A model generated the notes under the pieces. The model had not been told where the DNA came from. It worked only from the letters and a program-made list of their open reading frames with translations, and searched no databases. This document shows, piece after piece, positions 51,790 to 64,000 of a stretch of 64,000 bases of DNA. The translations under genes and the position numbers were made by a program. Each line of letters begins with the position of its first letter. The first letter of the stretch is position 1. The stretch is taken from positions 15,376,001 through 15,440,000 of the forward strand of contig NC_043015.1 of assembly GCF_006345805.1 (NCBI RefSeq). Direction: 5' to 3'. Source of the DNA: Octopus sinensis. Taxonomy: Eukaryota.

Positions 51790-53920
51790 TTAAAGCAATA
51801 TGTAAAATAATATAGTTTCATTAAATATTTATGAAATTACAGTGACATAAATATAATTTAGAAGGAAAGGTTCTTAGAATTTAAGCAGTATTAGACTGAT
51901 ATTAGATGAAGGTAGAGAGAGACAGTTATGCAAATATGTATTAAAATTCTGATAGGGAAACACATACAACAAGAACCTAATTATTACCAAGATGAACTTT
52001 CAAATTTACATTGACAACTCCCTCCCAGGAAATGCTTGCCCAGCATGTAAGCACTAAGAATTTTCTCGCTCTTGATTGCTAAGGTGATAATGCTCAATGA
52101 AGAAAAAAAATTAAAAATGAAAAACATATTCCATGAATCTCTGCCAGACTGCAATTATTTCCCATCTACAAAAAATATCTCATTTTGTAAAATGTTTAAT
52201 TAGTAGATCCCAGGTTATGTCATACTGATGATTTCTAAAAAGAATGAAATAGTGCTAAATATGATTACCATTCACTAGAAATTTTAAGAATTTTGTGATA
52301 AGTAAGCAGTTAAATAAATAAATAAAAATAAATGAACTGAATACGTATATTCCATGCAACTTTTTTCATATAATTTCTTAATTTCAAATTCAAATTTCTA
52401 ATCCTACCAAATATTATGGTGGTGGTGGTGGGGGGGGCAACAGGAAATTAAATTATTTATAACATTATCTTGAGAAAATTCTAAAAGTTAGTCTAGCTTG
52501 GATGACTGACAAGTGAGGTCTTATTATGTAGCAAGTCTAACACACCATCTGATTTTGAGGTGCCATTAGCAAAGCTTACTCTCTTGAAAGCATTCAATCA
52601 GACTTCTGGTTACCTTGTTCTCATACAAACTTTTTCCATATATATAGTAACATGGAGGGCATCCACTATATTCTCACAAGCCTAGAATAAACTGGAAATG
52701 TCATGGGTATTATCTCTCATCTTCCGATCAATTTATATAAAAAAGAAATATTATTACAATAGGACTTAAAATCATATTAAACCCAAGTGGTGTAACAGAG
52801 ACAATTACAGATGTGCATTGATTCCATAGGGTTTATAAAATTTTACATGCATTCGCGAAGAGCTGTGAATTGATGAAAATCAGCAGTCATCTCCTTTTTA
52901 GACTCTGGGTTATTGTTGTATTATTCCATGAAAATAACATTAAAACTAATTTTGTTTTACCAATCAAACATCATTACTTATTAAAATGAATCAAGAATTT
53001 TAATTAGTGGCTGCAGGGCATTTACTTAATTTGTATCATTAGGAAATAGATGAACATCATATAGTCTAATTTCTCTTTAGCTACAAGTCTATGTTTACAA
53101 TTTATGTATGAAATCATTATTAATTTCTCTTGATGTGGTGTAAAACCAATGTTTCAGAAACTGGAATGATTTCAGCAACTGACACACAGATTCCAGGAAC
53201 TGACAGTAGAATTTGAACTTAAACTCAAGTGATGTAAAACAAAATACAAGGAACTATGTGAACCAACTAGATTTGAATTCCAGTTGAAACAACTTTATAA
53301 AATAAATCCTAAATGCTTTGATGAATGAAGATATGAATGTCCAATTTTACATTTCTCCACTTTGAAGTGAAAAAAAACAACAACTTTTTTTGGTCTGATG
53401 TGTTATGATAGTACCATTTCTGGGAGGAAACATACTAACAATCATTATGTGGTTCTGCAGGAAAGAGAGAGAGCTTATTCTGCAAAAACATATACAGTAT
53501 AAGTAAAAATGAATTGCTGCTGTAGGTGAAGTATAGGAAATTAGTTAAGGCATACTTTGGGGACTGTTTTGACTGAAAACATCATTTCATCACAGAGTTA
53601 ATGTCAAAGCACTCATATAATTGACCAATAAATGTTACATGTAATTCAAAGTTCATTATATCTTGCAAATTATGTGTCTCAGATATTATGAGAACATTAA
53701 ATGAGTCTTATTTAATTATGCATAAATTTCTAGTTATTACTATACTTGTAAGAGCTATTAACACTGCCAAAACGGAAAGTCAAGAAGCTGAAAAATACTA
53801 AATGTTAATATACTTTTAAAGTTATTAACAAAGATGATGTTGATGATGGTGAACACAATGATCAGGAGATGAAAATAACATGGCTTTGCAGGCAACAATC
53901 ATCAGCTCTCAAAGGACTTC

Positions 53921-54070
53921 TCACTTCAAGCCAGCAACATATATGCACTTGTGATGCTTGTCACTAACAGGAACTATAGATTTGCCATCATATAATACAC
54001 ATGTGCCATCAATAAATGACATATACAAATATTGAATACCATCGTTAGACACAGAAGATGTCAGTATCTG
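53921..54070 (-). CDS. Candidate exon (unassigned)
   Basis: Acceptor aatttttcctcatattctcAG(cAG); open frame QILTSSVSNDGIQYLYMSFIDGTCVLYDGKSIVPVSDKHHKCIYVAGLK ending at TGA or at a GTgaga donor at 53924. Confidence 0.4.
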   Translation of the reverse strand, partial: QILTSSVSNDGIQYLYMSFIDGTCVLYDGKSIVPVSDKHHKCIYVAGLK

Positions 54071-54859
54071 CTGAGAATATGAGGAAAAATTAAGCAAAGC
54101 CAGTTTCACTTGTACTTTTTTATTTATTATTTATATACATGCACACACATACACACACACACACATTTGTGTGTCTGTGTGTGTGTTATCTTATAACAGT
54201 TTGCCTTGGCTCCATGCAACTTAAAATTTTGTGGGCTTGTCAAATGAGTCTAACTCATGAGGCTCATAGAGAGGTGAGTTAGGTTTGTTTGACAAGCAGA
54301 CAAAACTTTAAGTTGTATGAAGCTGAATCAAACTGTTATCAAAAAATACCTGCAACTCCTAAAGCCCTACTAAATGTCCTGAGTGTTACTCTCTGTCATT
54401 TCTTCACTCACTTTTATATAGATATATATCAATATCATTGTTGTTAAATATCTACTTTTCCATGCTTGCTTGGATCAGATGGAGTTTGTTCAGGTAGATT
54501 TTCTATGGCTGGATGCCCTCCATGTCATCAACCCTCAGCTCATTTCCAAACAAGGTAATATTTCCCCTTGGGCCAAACATCTTTCTGCAGCTTTTTGGAA
54601 ATGGAGGACACTACTTGTGTGATGGTAGCACTCACAACTAAAATGCAATGCATAAAATATCTGGTAGAGTAAGGGCTGGTCACCTGCTTAGTAAATCAGG
54701 TAGTGCAGAAGAGAGCCATACCCAATGATTGATAGAGCAGCCTCATTGGCAATTGTTACAACAACAATGGTGATGTATTAGAGAGAAAGGTTACAATTGA
54801 GGTATTAGACCATTGGATCAGATTAAGAGAGTTAGTGAAAGAATTATAGTGTAATTGAT

Positions 54860-55140
54860 TAAGATGAGTATTAACATAGATACAATGCAGTTTGGTTTTG
54901 TTCTATGAAAATGTATTGCTGTTGACATCTTCCTTTGTGAGAAGGCTGCAGGGGAAGTATCTAGTTAGGAGCAAGCAACTATACCTAGGTTCATTGATGT
55001 AGAAAACATTGTCAACAGGGTTCCATCCTCTGCAATTTGAAGAAGCTTGGAGTAGATGAATAGTTTGTGAGAGCTGTACAAGCCATGTAAAGAGGAACTG
55101 ACAGTAAGGTAAATTAGTCATGGGTCTAACAATGAATTCC
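54860..55140 (+). mobile_element. Decayed RTE RT fragment
   Basis: Nucleotide similarity to 48730-49010 (atgcagtttggttt...gtgagagctgt(a/g)caagccatgta). Confidence 0.65.
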
Positions 55141-56915
55141 CTGTGAAAGTCTCCATAGCATCTTTATTCCTGCCTTCATCTCCATAGTACCTTTATTAAT
55201 CATACTTATTCTAATGTTAATAGCTTGCTCCTCAATTAGTTCCAACTGGTTTACTTTTCACTATGCCTCTAAATACTAATTTGATAACCTTGCTAATTTT
55301 ATCTTTAATACTGTCCCACTGGCATTTTGATTCATACAAATACATATCCTTGCAAGTTTGAATACCTCAGATCTTTCACCCTGGTTGAATCTTTGTAAAC
55401 CAATTTCTATTTCTCTTTTGTCTGATGTATTGCTTTTTACTTAGTTTGTATACAATTCCATGCTAGTCCTACCTACTATATTCTATCACCATATAGTCTG
55501 TTACCTGGCTTGGTCACTGATCTCTCAACTATATTGGACAATGGTTTGTAGCAAATTGTTTCACAGAAATACCCAGCTGTCCTTTGTAACATAATTCTCT
55601 ATTTCCTTTTCGTTATCATAACAACAAGTACCACTAAGTGCTGTCTGGATCTTCTATATATTCCTTCTCTTTGTTTTCTTTATATTTTGCTTCCAAGTCT
55701 TCTTGTTTTCAATCTAAAGTTGTTAACTACACAGCATACAAAATACATGTTACAAATATAAGGACAACAATGATGATGATGAATTCTCAAAATAGTTTAT
55801 TTTTACAGAAGGGGAAAGATAGTGAAAGGATGAATATTTGTTTTAATGAGGCAACAGTGCCTCACTTGGCATCGACAAAAAAGTAACTGGAAGAAAATGA
55901 AAGAAAAAAAAAAGATCATTGCTGTGCTGTATGCAATTATTGTTATGTACTATAAACAAACTAATTTCTTAAAATAAATATTTCCTGATTGCAGAAATTC
56001 CTGTATCATTTGATATTTTAACAAAAAGTAAATATTCTATTAGTGAGTATGCTGAAATTTTTGTGTTTTCTTAAATAACTAGCAGTACCCATGGGAATTT
56101 CACAGTAAATACAAGAATTATTAGATGTTTCTAAGTTTATATAGAACCGTAAATATTAGTGTTCCTATATAAATGTATTTCTGCATTATTTTCATTCATG
56201 AACAGCTTTCAGTTCTTCTGGCTGAGGCTGTAATTGAAGGAGCATGACTTTCTGATACACGCAGTATTTCAGAGTTTCATTTATAAATCTAAGACCTTCA
56301 CAATGATTATAAAGAATATTCATGTCACCAATGTTGTAACTTTCAACCACATGTTTACAGTTTTTTTATGTTCTCTCACATTTTCATTCTTATCTGTTGT
56401 AAGTACTCTATTCTCTTTGATTAATATTTTGCCTTCTACACACCAATGCTACCATGCTTGTTCTAGTGATTCAACTCTCTGTTTCTCTTTACATTGTTGC
56501 ATTCTTTGTCTTGTTAGCTTATATTGTCTGTCATCCATATCTTATAAACAAATAGCAATTTTCAAGTTAGCAGACGATAACTAATTGCACCTTTGCAAAT
56601 ACATTAAGTGATAAATCCTTAAATCCTTATAGTTTTCAGTAACAAAGTTTAGTCTAAGATGTTTGCCAAAAGCATTATTTCATTTCATTTCAGTTCAGTT
56701 GCTTGTTTGTGCCTACTTTTCTTGATGTCAGTATAAATTTCAAATGACAAATTTAAAAAAGATAATAACATCTACAAATTATGTACATTTGACAGATATT
56801 TGTCCTCATCCTGTTTGTTGCTAGCACAAGGTTTCAGCTAATATACCCTCCAGCCTTCTTCAGGTGTCTTGGGGAAATTTCGAACCTGGGTTCTCATTCC
56901 TAAGGTATTTTTTGA

Positions 56916-56964
<49 letters not shown>

Positions 56965-57047
56965 GTTATTATTGTTCAGGTCACTGTTTGGAATCGAACT
57001 CGGAATCTTAGGGTTAGTAGCTTTTAACCACTACGCCATAAGCCCCT

Positions 57048-57112
57048 GGGCATATGGCATAGTGGTTAAGAGCACGGGCTACTAACCCCAAGATTCCGAG
57101 TTCAATTCCAAG
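57048..57112 (+). promoter_or_regulatory. tRNA-like Pol III internal promoter (A and B boxes)
   Basis: TGGCATAGTGG at 57055-57065; GAGTTCAATTCC at 57098-57109; mirror copy at about 56985-57046 has GAGTTCGATTCC. Confidence 0.65.
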
Positions 57113-57210
57113 CAGTGAACTGAACAATAACAATGATAATAATAATAATAATAATAATAACATCGAAAAATACCTGAGAAATGAGAACCCAGGTTCGGAA
57201 TTTCCCCAAG

Positions 57211-57254
57211 ACACCTGAAGAAGGCTGGAGGGTATATCAGCTGAAATGTTGTAC
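57211..57254 (+). ncRNA. Hammerhead ribozyme motif (partly degenerate); mirror copy at about 56824-56867 (-)
   Basis: acac-CTGAAGA(57215-57221)-a-GGCTG-gagggtatat-CAGCT-GAAA(57243-57246)-tg-TT-gtac; the two arms together imply consensus GAAACGTTGTG. Confidence 0.55.
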
Positions 57255-57498
57255 TAACAACAAACCGGATGAGGACAAATATCTATTGAATGTAAATAAT
57301 ATAAATAATCCACAAATATTTTGCTCTATTATTTTACTTTCATTAAAAAAACTTATCTTTCTATTTATGTTAAGTTTATTAACATATATAATGTAAGCCT
57401 TCCTTCTTCTGTCCAGCCATCGATGTATTTGTCAATGTGGATTGATAGATAAATAGATTGACAGATAGAAGATATAAAAAAAATTGGGATCAGATCAA

Positions 57499-58660
57499 TT
57501 TGGTTCAGAGATTTTTTAATTATTTTTTTTCAACCAAACAGTTTGAAACTTCGTATACTGGTGGAATTTCTCATGTAGAACATGGTTTACTTTGAACATT
57601 TTTGACAAACTTTCGTATTTTAGAAGTTATTTTGTGTTAAAGTTGTATTTGGGTAATTCTTGCCAATCAATGATGTGTATTTAGTTGAAGAAAGCTACTG
57701 CTGTTTGTGATAGCAATTGAAGAAGAACAACTTCAAGGTCATCACTGCTAAATGTCACCACTCTGTTCTATTTTGTTTTTTGTTTACTGCCTGTGTTACA
57801 TATTACATGCCTTTTTTCCCTTTGGTTCTTGCGTCGGAGTAACTAGTAAACATATAGAGCTACAGGTCTACAGCTAGCTTTTTTGTTGTTGAGGTATGTA
57901 GTTTGTATGTAGTTTCAAAATGCCTTATTTTATAACTATGAGAAGTATTGTTATTGTAACGATTTTATCTTACTATAGTCAGCAACAAACACATTTCATC
58001 AATATAAAAGTCTTAGATTAAAAATAACATTATCAAAACATGAAGATAAAACGAAACAAATATGCTTTGTTTTCTTCTAAGCACCAATATACTGTAGTCA
58101 TAGTCTTTCACATTGTTCACCAACTGAAAAAATCAGTGGAATCAGTCAATCTCCATACACAAATTATTTTCCTCCTGAAACTTATAAAAAAGTATACATA
58201 TAAGGTATACTTTTCTACAAGCCACATTCTAAATTTTCCAGGTAAAAAATAACAGCTTATACACCAGAAAATATGGTAATTGTAGTTGCAGTGACAAGTT
58301 CACTCACTGGTTACTAGTTGATAGTGTGGAAGTGGCTGTCTGCTAGTAGGGAGGGAAAGAGTAAGAAATGCATGATGCTGACTAGAAGGGAAGAAAGGTG
58401 ACATTTAGTAGAGATGACCGGGAAGTTGCTCCTCTTTGATTACTATTGCAAACAGCAGTAGCTTTCTTCGACTGAATAGATATTGTTGATTGGCTAAAAT
58501 TACCCAAATACAACTTTAACATGAAATAACTTCTAAAATACAAAATTTTGTCAAAAATGTCCAAAGTAAACCGTGTTTCTCTGCCTGAGAAATTCCACCA
58601 GTATATGAAGTTTCAAACTGGTTAGTTAAAAAAAATTAATTAAAAAATCTGTGGGCCAAA
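57499..58660. mobile_element. Non-autonomous DNA transposon-like element with about 260-bp inverted termini
   Basis: 57499-57760 is the diverged reverse complement of 58395-58660 (e.g. cagtttgaaacttc(g/a)tatactggtggaatttctca). Confidence 0.7.
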
Positions 58661-60399
58661 CTAAACAAATCTCAAAATATTAAAATGTTATTTTCTTGTC
58701 AGTCACAATAATATATAATATTTAAAGTTTCCCTCTGCTAAACATTGTATTTCTAACTCGCTTTCTCTCTATCACTCCCTTCAGCTAACTTTTTAACCAT
58801 GTAATAACTATTACTTCTCCTTATCTCATGTTGTTAACACTTCTCTCTTCCACTTTCTCTCTCACTCTCTGTCTTTCTCTTTAAGTAATCACAAAATAGT
58901 GTAACACATTTCAGCCTTAGTGTATTAATATAGATTATTCTTTCAAATTCACTTTTAGTTCTAAAAAGCTATCTTGTAAATATTCCAGCTTCACATTATT
59001 TTTTTATATTATTTAAATAAAAAGAAATGTTTAAAAAGAAACAAGACAGAAACTAGAGAAACTCATTATTTTTTAATTTGACCCAAACTAGAATGGTTTA
59101 ATTTAATAGCTAATCAACTTATCTATTAAAAAAAAGAAGTTTTCTTAAAAGAAACTAGACATCAACAAGTTAACCATTTTCTTTAGGTTATACAATATGA
59201 ATGGAGAATAGTTATTCTAGATAGCAAGATATTGACTGCATTAAGGAAAATACAAATAGTTTGACTATATGTTGAAAAGGAAAGCTAACTGCAGGAAGAG
59301 ATAAGTGAAAGTCGAGATGGATTAAAGAAAGCATAAGAAGAAATACTTTGACTGACCTGTGTGGGTTAAGTGAACAAATTAAATGCCTACTTGGTTACAT
59401 AAAATTGCTATTTTGTACTTTCACTGGAAATAGATATTGATTTAAAATTCTGGCACAAGGCCAACAATTTCAGGGCAAGGAGTAGGTTAATTACATTGAC
59501 CCCGGTACTCAACTGGCACTTTATTTCATCAACTCTGAAAGGATGGAATTTGAACTCAGAATGTGAAGATGGACAAAATGCCACTAAGCATTTCGCCCAG
59601 CTTGTCACCTTTAGACCTAGCTGTTGAGAATTATGTTTTGACCATGGATACGAAACAATATTAGATATAGCATTGAAACACTTGCCTTTTTGTTTAGCTG
59701 TCCATACCTTATTTTATCAACTATCTGTACTTTGATAATCAACTGCAATTATTGAAGTTGATTTAGTAAAAAATTAACAATCATAATGGAGAATCTAAAA
59801 AACTTTTAATTAAATTTAAATGCCTAAGAAAGTCATAAAAATTACAGTATTATCACATGTTTACAGATTTAATCATCCACTTAGGATAAAAGAGAATATC
59901 AGAGTCTTTCCTTTCGAAATAACCTAACAGTTTAATGCCATGTCAATAACTTGGGCAGTTCAACTAATAAGTACTATGAAGAGGTATAGTTCAGCACTCT
60001 AGTATACAGTAGAGGGACTATATGTTTTTATTATCCTTTCTTTAGCACACAGAGTGATAAACTGAATTCTTCAATTGTACAAAAAACAATCTATTCAAGA
60101 GAGAGTATGTCATCTCTCTCCTTGCTACCATGAAAGTTGAGATAAGTTCAATGATGACTCAGCCATTCTAGACAAAACCATTCAAAAGTTAAATAAGTGA
60201 TGAGTGTTCCTTCCCAAACTGTGTCTAACACTGAACCCATCAACTACAGTACTATTAATATTATTTTCAAGTTTTGGCACAAGGCCAGCAATTATTGAAG
60301 AAGGTATTTGCTTATCAAAGTAGTTGCCTCTGACAACACTACCCTCAACCTCTGGCTCAGACACCCTGAACCACCTATGAACCTCAGACCCATACCCCA

Positions 60400-61745
60400 C
60401 TTTGACCTTCACCCTCAAGTCCAGGCTTCACCAGCTTGAAAATCTGATGAGTAGACTGAATGTGACTGATTCCCACCTGACATTCATCCTGTCAAGGAAC
60501 TGATTCACTATGTATACCTTCCACAGTGCCCCTTGGCACAGCCATGCATTTCTCCTCACAAATCTTAACATCTATATTCAACAGGCCATAGAAGAGATAT
60601 GCAACATCCAGTTCGATGACACTGGATAGCAACAGGCTCCTTACCTATCAGATATGGTGACCCTGGCCTCCTATCTCTGGTCCCATTGGCCTTACCTGCA
60701 TTTCTTTCATTGGTGACCTCTTGTCATGTCTTCAACAACAGAGTTCTCCACAACACAAATAAGCCTAGTGATAGGGAAGCGTGAGGTGGCCTAACCAACA
60801 TGGAGCTGGCCTGGCCTCTGCCCTGCAGACAACTATCCCTCTTACCCCTTTGTGGACGTCTGGTTCCCCCCAAAACAAGTGGAAAGGCATCCAGTGCTGC
60901 ATGATCTCAGATGGGCTGGTGCACCAACTGGCATGTTCTACTCAGCCTCCCAGTCCCACAACACAGTTCCTGGCTCAACACAGTGCATGGCTCAATAGAG
61001 TGCCTGACTCAACGCAGTGCATGACTCAACACAGTGCATGGCTCAATACAGTGCCTGACTCAATGCAGTGCATGGCTCAATACAGTGCCTGGTTCAACAC
61101 AGTGCATGGCTCAACACAGTGCCATCACTCTCAACTGGCACTCAGTTCAATAGTGACCTCTGTGCATCAGTGTTTCTCTGAGGCTGGACCTCCAGATCTG
61201 TGAGCCTCACAAATGCTACTGTGAGTCCACTGTGGATTCTTTTGGCCACCACCCATTGTCATGCCATTATAGTGATGGCTGCTTTCTGCACCATGCTGCT
61301 CTCGATGAGATAATAAAACATGGCCTAGATGCCACAGGCTTCCCTTCCCAGCTCAAGCCAGTGGGGCCAGACTGAAGGGGCAGTAAAAATCAGGCTAGAT
61401 GGCATGACAATTTTCCTTTCCATGAGGGTAGGCCCCTCATCTGGGATGCTACATGTTGTGGCACCTTCTCCAATGGCAACATGGTGTGTTTAGATGCCAG
61501 CCCAAGCTTTGCTGCTTGTCAGGCTGAGAAGAGCAGCCTGTCAAAGTATCAGCTATTCTCCGACAGGTTTGTGGTTGAGCCTGTATTAGTGGAGATTTCA
61601 GGAATTATCTTTCCCTGGACCACATCCCTGCTCACTACTAACAGGATGGAGTTAACTATCTGCAAGTGGGAACCCTGTGAGCCTGATTGTTCCAGTGCCA
61701 TCCTCCAGGGCAATGCTTTTCCATTTTGTCCACTGGGACCATGAG
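60400..61745 (+). mobile_element. CRE-clade non-LTR retrotransposon 3' half (RT C-terminus, CCHC finger, restriction-like endonuclease), decayed
   Basis: LPIRYG...LALPAFLS; AWLNTVP; LCISVSLRL..ICEPHKCYC...GHHPLSC; RLDGMTIF; IWDATC; KY...FVVEPVLVEISG; AILQGNAF. Confidence 0.8.
60961..61122 (+). repeat. 17-bp tandem repeat (about 9-10 copies) inside the CRE ORF
   Basis: Unit acacagtgcatggctca with variants. Confidence 0.9.
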
Positions 61746-64000
61746 CAAAACTGACATACCTTTTTAGATATTAGTTGTTACTTATTGTTTTATTTAACCA
61801 ATCATAATTTAAAATAAACACATTATTGTGGGGCTAATTTTTTAGAATTGAACATACATACTATTAGTAGCCCCTATGATACTTTCACTATCTCTCTAAA
61901 CATTGACAAGTCATTTAGTTAGCTAAGTACAGAATAGAAATATGCATTATAAGTTTAGCTAGCCAATAATGAAATTGTATATAGCTGAGTACTTAATTGC
62001 ATGTAAATTTTATTATTTATTAATAAAGAGGAAAAAGTATTTTATATAATTAATCCCTTTAATACAGTTTGCCACAAGTATTTAACTATAAAACTGAACA
62101 TTTATCACCTAGGGATCTTTCATAGCTACTAGCTAGTTTCTAAATAAATAAATACACTGTTTTTGAGAATACACCATCCATATCCTGCTCCCCACCAAAG
62201 AGAATATAATTACAAGCAGTTACTAACATGTTTTGTTCACCAGCCATTATGGTTCCACCAACCTCAATGCTTCAATAACTATTTACAATTTATTTTTATT
62301 CTGAAAAATGAATCATAAATAGTTTAAAATTATGTATATTAGACTGCTGTTTGATAAAAGAAGTATTTCATATTTAAATACATTATATATTTATATAAAG
62401 TCTAAAAAGTTAAAATAGAAATAATGCATAATAGTATATGGAGTGTACACAATAAATATACTCCACTGACTTGCACATTCGGGTGATTACATTAAATCTC
62501 TTTTACTTAAGGATAAACCATGTATTCTTTCAATAAACAACATCTCTAACCTTTCTTGTAAGTATAACATTAACTAAATATATCTGATTCTTATACTTCT
62601 GAATGAGAATCTTCTTTCATATTTGAACTTTATAGAACAGAATAAGAAAGCTATCTGCAATCTACTCTTGAAACATCATTTTATTTTTTAAATAGCGTTA
62701 TTATTTTTATAGCTATCAGATCATTGTTGATTTTTAGCTTTATCCTACCATGAAAAATGTTACCAGCTTATTGATCACTTCCAGATCACTTAACAGTTAC
62801 TCAAAGATCATTGCCGAATGAGATGGAATAACAGTCTGTGAAAATCAATATTTAGCATGATATGCATAGAATATTGGATGCTGATTATAAAATAAAAAGG
62901 TTTCAAGACTTGTATGTTAGTGGCAATATCAACACAGCATTAGACCTATGGCTAAAAAATTGTTGGAGTTTTCTAGCTTTTTAGAAAATAAATATTATCA
63001 TTCCAATGTTTCTTATTGAACGAATGTAGTAAGTGATTTGCTACAATTAACTTTAGAGTGCCTTCCTCTTTATGTCAATCTTTCTCTTGTTATTTTTCAT
63101 TTGAAACAGCTGCAAGGAGACTTACAGATGAAATGGCCAAATGATTTATTTTCTTTCTTTGTTAAAACTAGAGTAAAGAAGTGATGATTGTTGAGGTGGT
63201 AAATAGGTTTGGTTTAAAGTGCAAAGCTCATTAGTTTAATCCTGCTAAATGCAATAACCTTCTGAAAAGCATACTGTTGTTCTTCCTTTTTGAGAATCAG
63301 ACAATAATTCTATTTTAATATTCTCTTAAGAGTGAGTGTGTTGGAGAGTTTGTTTTTTTATTTTGTATTGACTGGCTGACATAGTAGATCGTTAAATGCA
63401 TTACAATATTTAATTTTGTCATTTACAGTTCTGACTTTAAATCCTTGAGGATCAATAAAATAAGTGCCAGTGAAGCATCATAGTAAAACTCATTGATCTG
63501 TCCCTCCTTGGTATAAATTAACCTTGTGCCAAACCTAATAAAGCTAAAATTTTATCAAGGATATCTCATCACTACCTACTGATAAAAAAAAATAGTGGTA
63601 AAATACTTCTCTTAAGTAGAAATGAAAACTAATCATCTTTCATGTGAAAAGGAAATATAAAGGAGTGAAAGCAAAAAACATGATAATGGTAGTGAAATAT
63701 TGTTGAGGTAGAACTAATGAATTGATTATAAATATCCATAAAAAATGATGATGATGATGACAATGAGGACAATGAGGAGGAGGTGGAGGAGGAAGCAGTA
63801 GTAAGATAGTGTTAGTGGAAATAATAATGTGCAGAAAATAAAGGAAGAAGGAGAAAAGAAAATAAATATAAAGAATTTTGTAGATGATCAAAAGGTAAAA
63901 AAAATCAGGATTATGATGAAAAATAAGAAAAAATGAGACAGCAAAAAGAAGAAAGCAGACAAAAGTATGGCTAAAGACATGGAATATTTACTGAATAGCT

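Larger units (their letters stand above)
56777..57300. mobile_element. Head-to-head palindrome of a tRNA-headed, hammerhead-bearing SINE-like element
   Basis: Arms meet at 57047; each arm has a tRNA-like head, (AAT)n, conserved linker, CTGAAGA..GAAA core and gatgaggacaaatatc tail. Confidence 0.85.

Noticed and set aside
60961-61122. CRISPR-like array
   Set aside because: Contiguous 17-bp units without unique spacers, eukaryotic context, no cas genes.
63118-63153. Plus-strand terminal exon ARRLTDEMAK*
   Set aside because: Too short to evaluate and no linked exons.

Overview
AT-rich, microsatellite-saturated animal genomic DNA. The repeat landscape strongly resembles a coleoid cephalopod (Octopus-like); this is inferred from familiarity, not tested. 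Almost all long ORFs in the supplied track are microsatellite artefacts or transposon remnants. One host gene is well supported: two minus-strand exons (7064-6963 and 5373-5183) with canonical splice sites and compatible phases, encoding a divergent Na+/K+-ATPase beta-subunit-like ectodomain. A few other exon candidates remain unassigned. The rest is a nested transposon landscape: three Penelope-like (PLE) ORF remnants, Tx1/L1-like ORF1 elements, RTE and CRE LINE fragments, mariner, Helitron and piggyBac-type non-autonomous elements, and several tRNA-derived SINE families. The most notable signal is a set of small non-coding elements carrying minimal type I hammerhead ribozyme motifs in foldback (inverted) arrangements. 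(i) A ~345-nt tandem monomer whose inverted copy begins at the predicted self-cleavage site, interrupted in hammerhead stem I by an ORF1-only Tx1-like element with a 14-bp target-site duplication. (ii) A tRNA-headed, SINE-like element with a downstream hammerhead, present as a head-to-head palindrome at 56.8-57.3 kb and as a related copy at 21.7-22.0 kb. All family assignments come from reading motifs by eye; no database search or folding program was run, and repeat boundaries are approximate.
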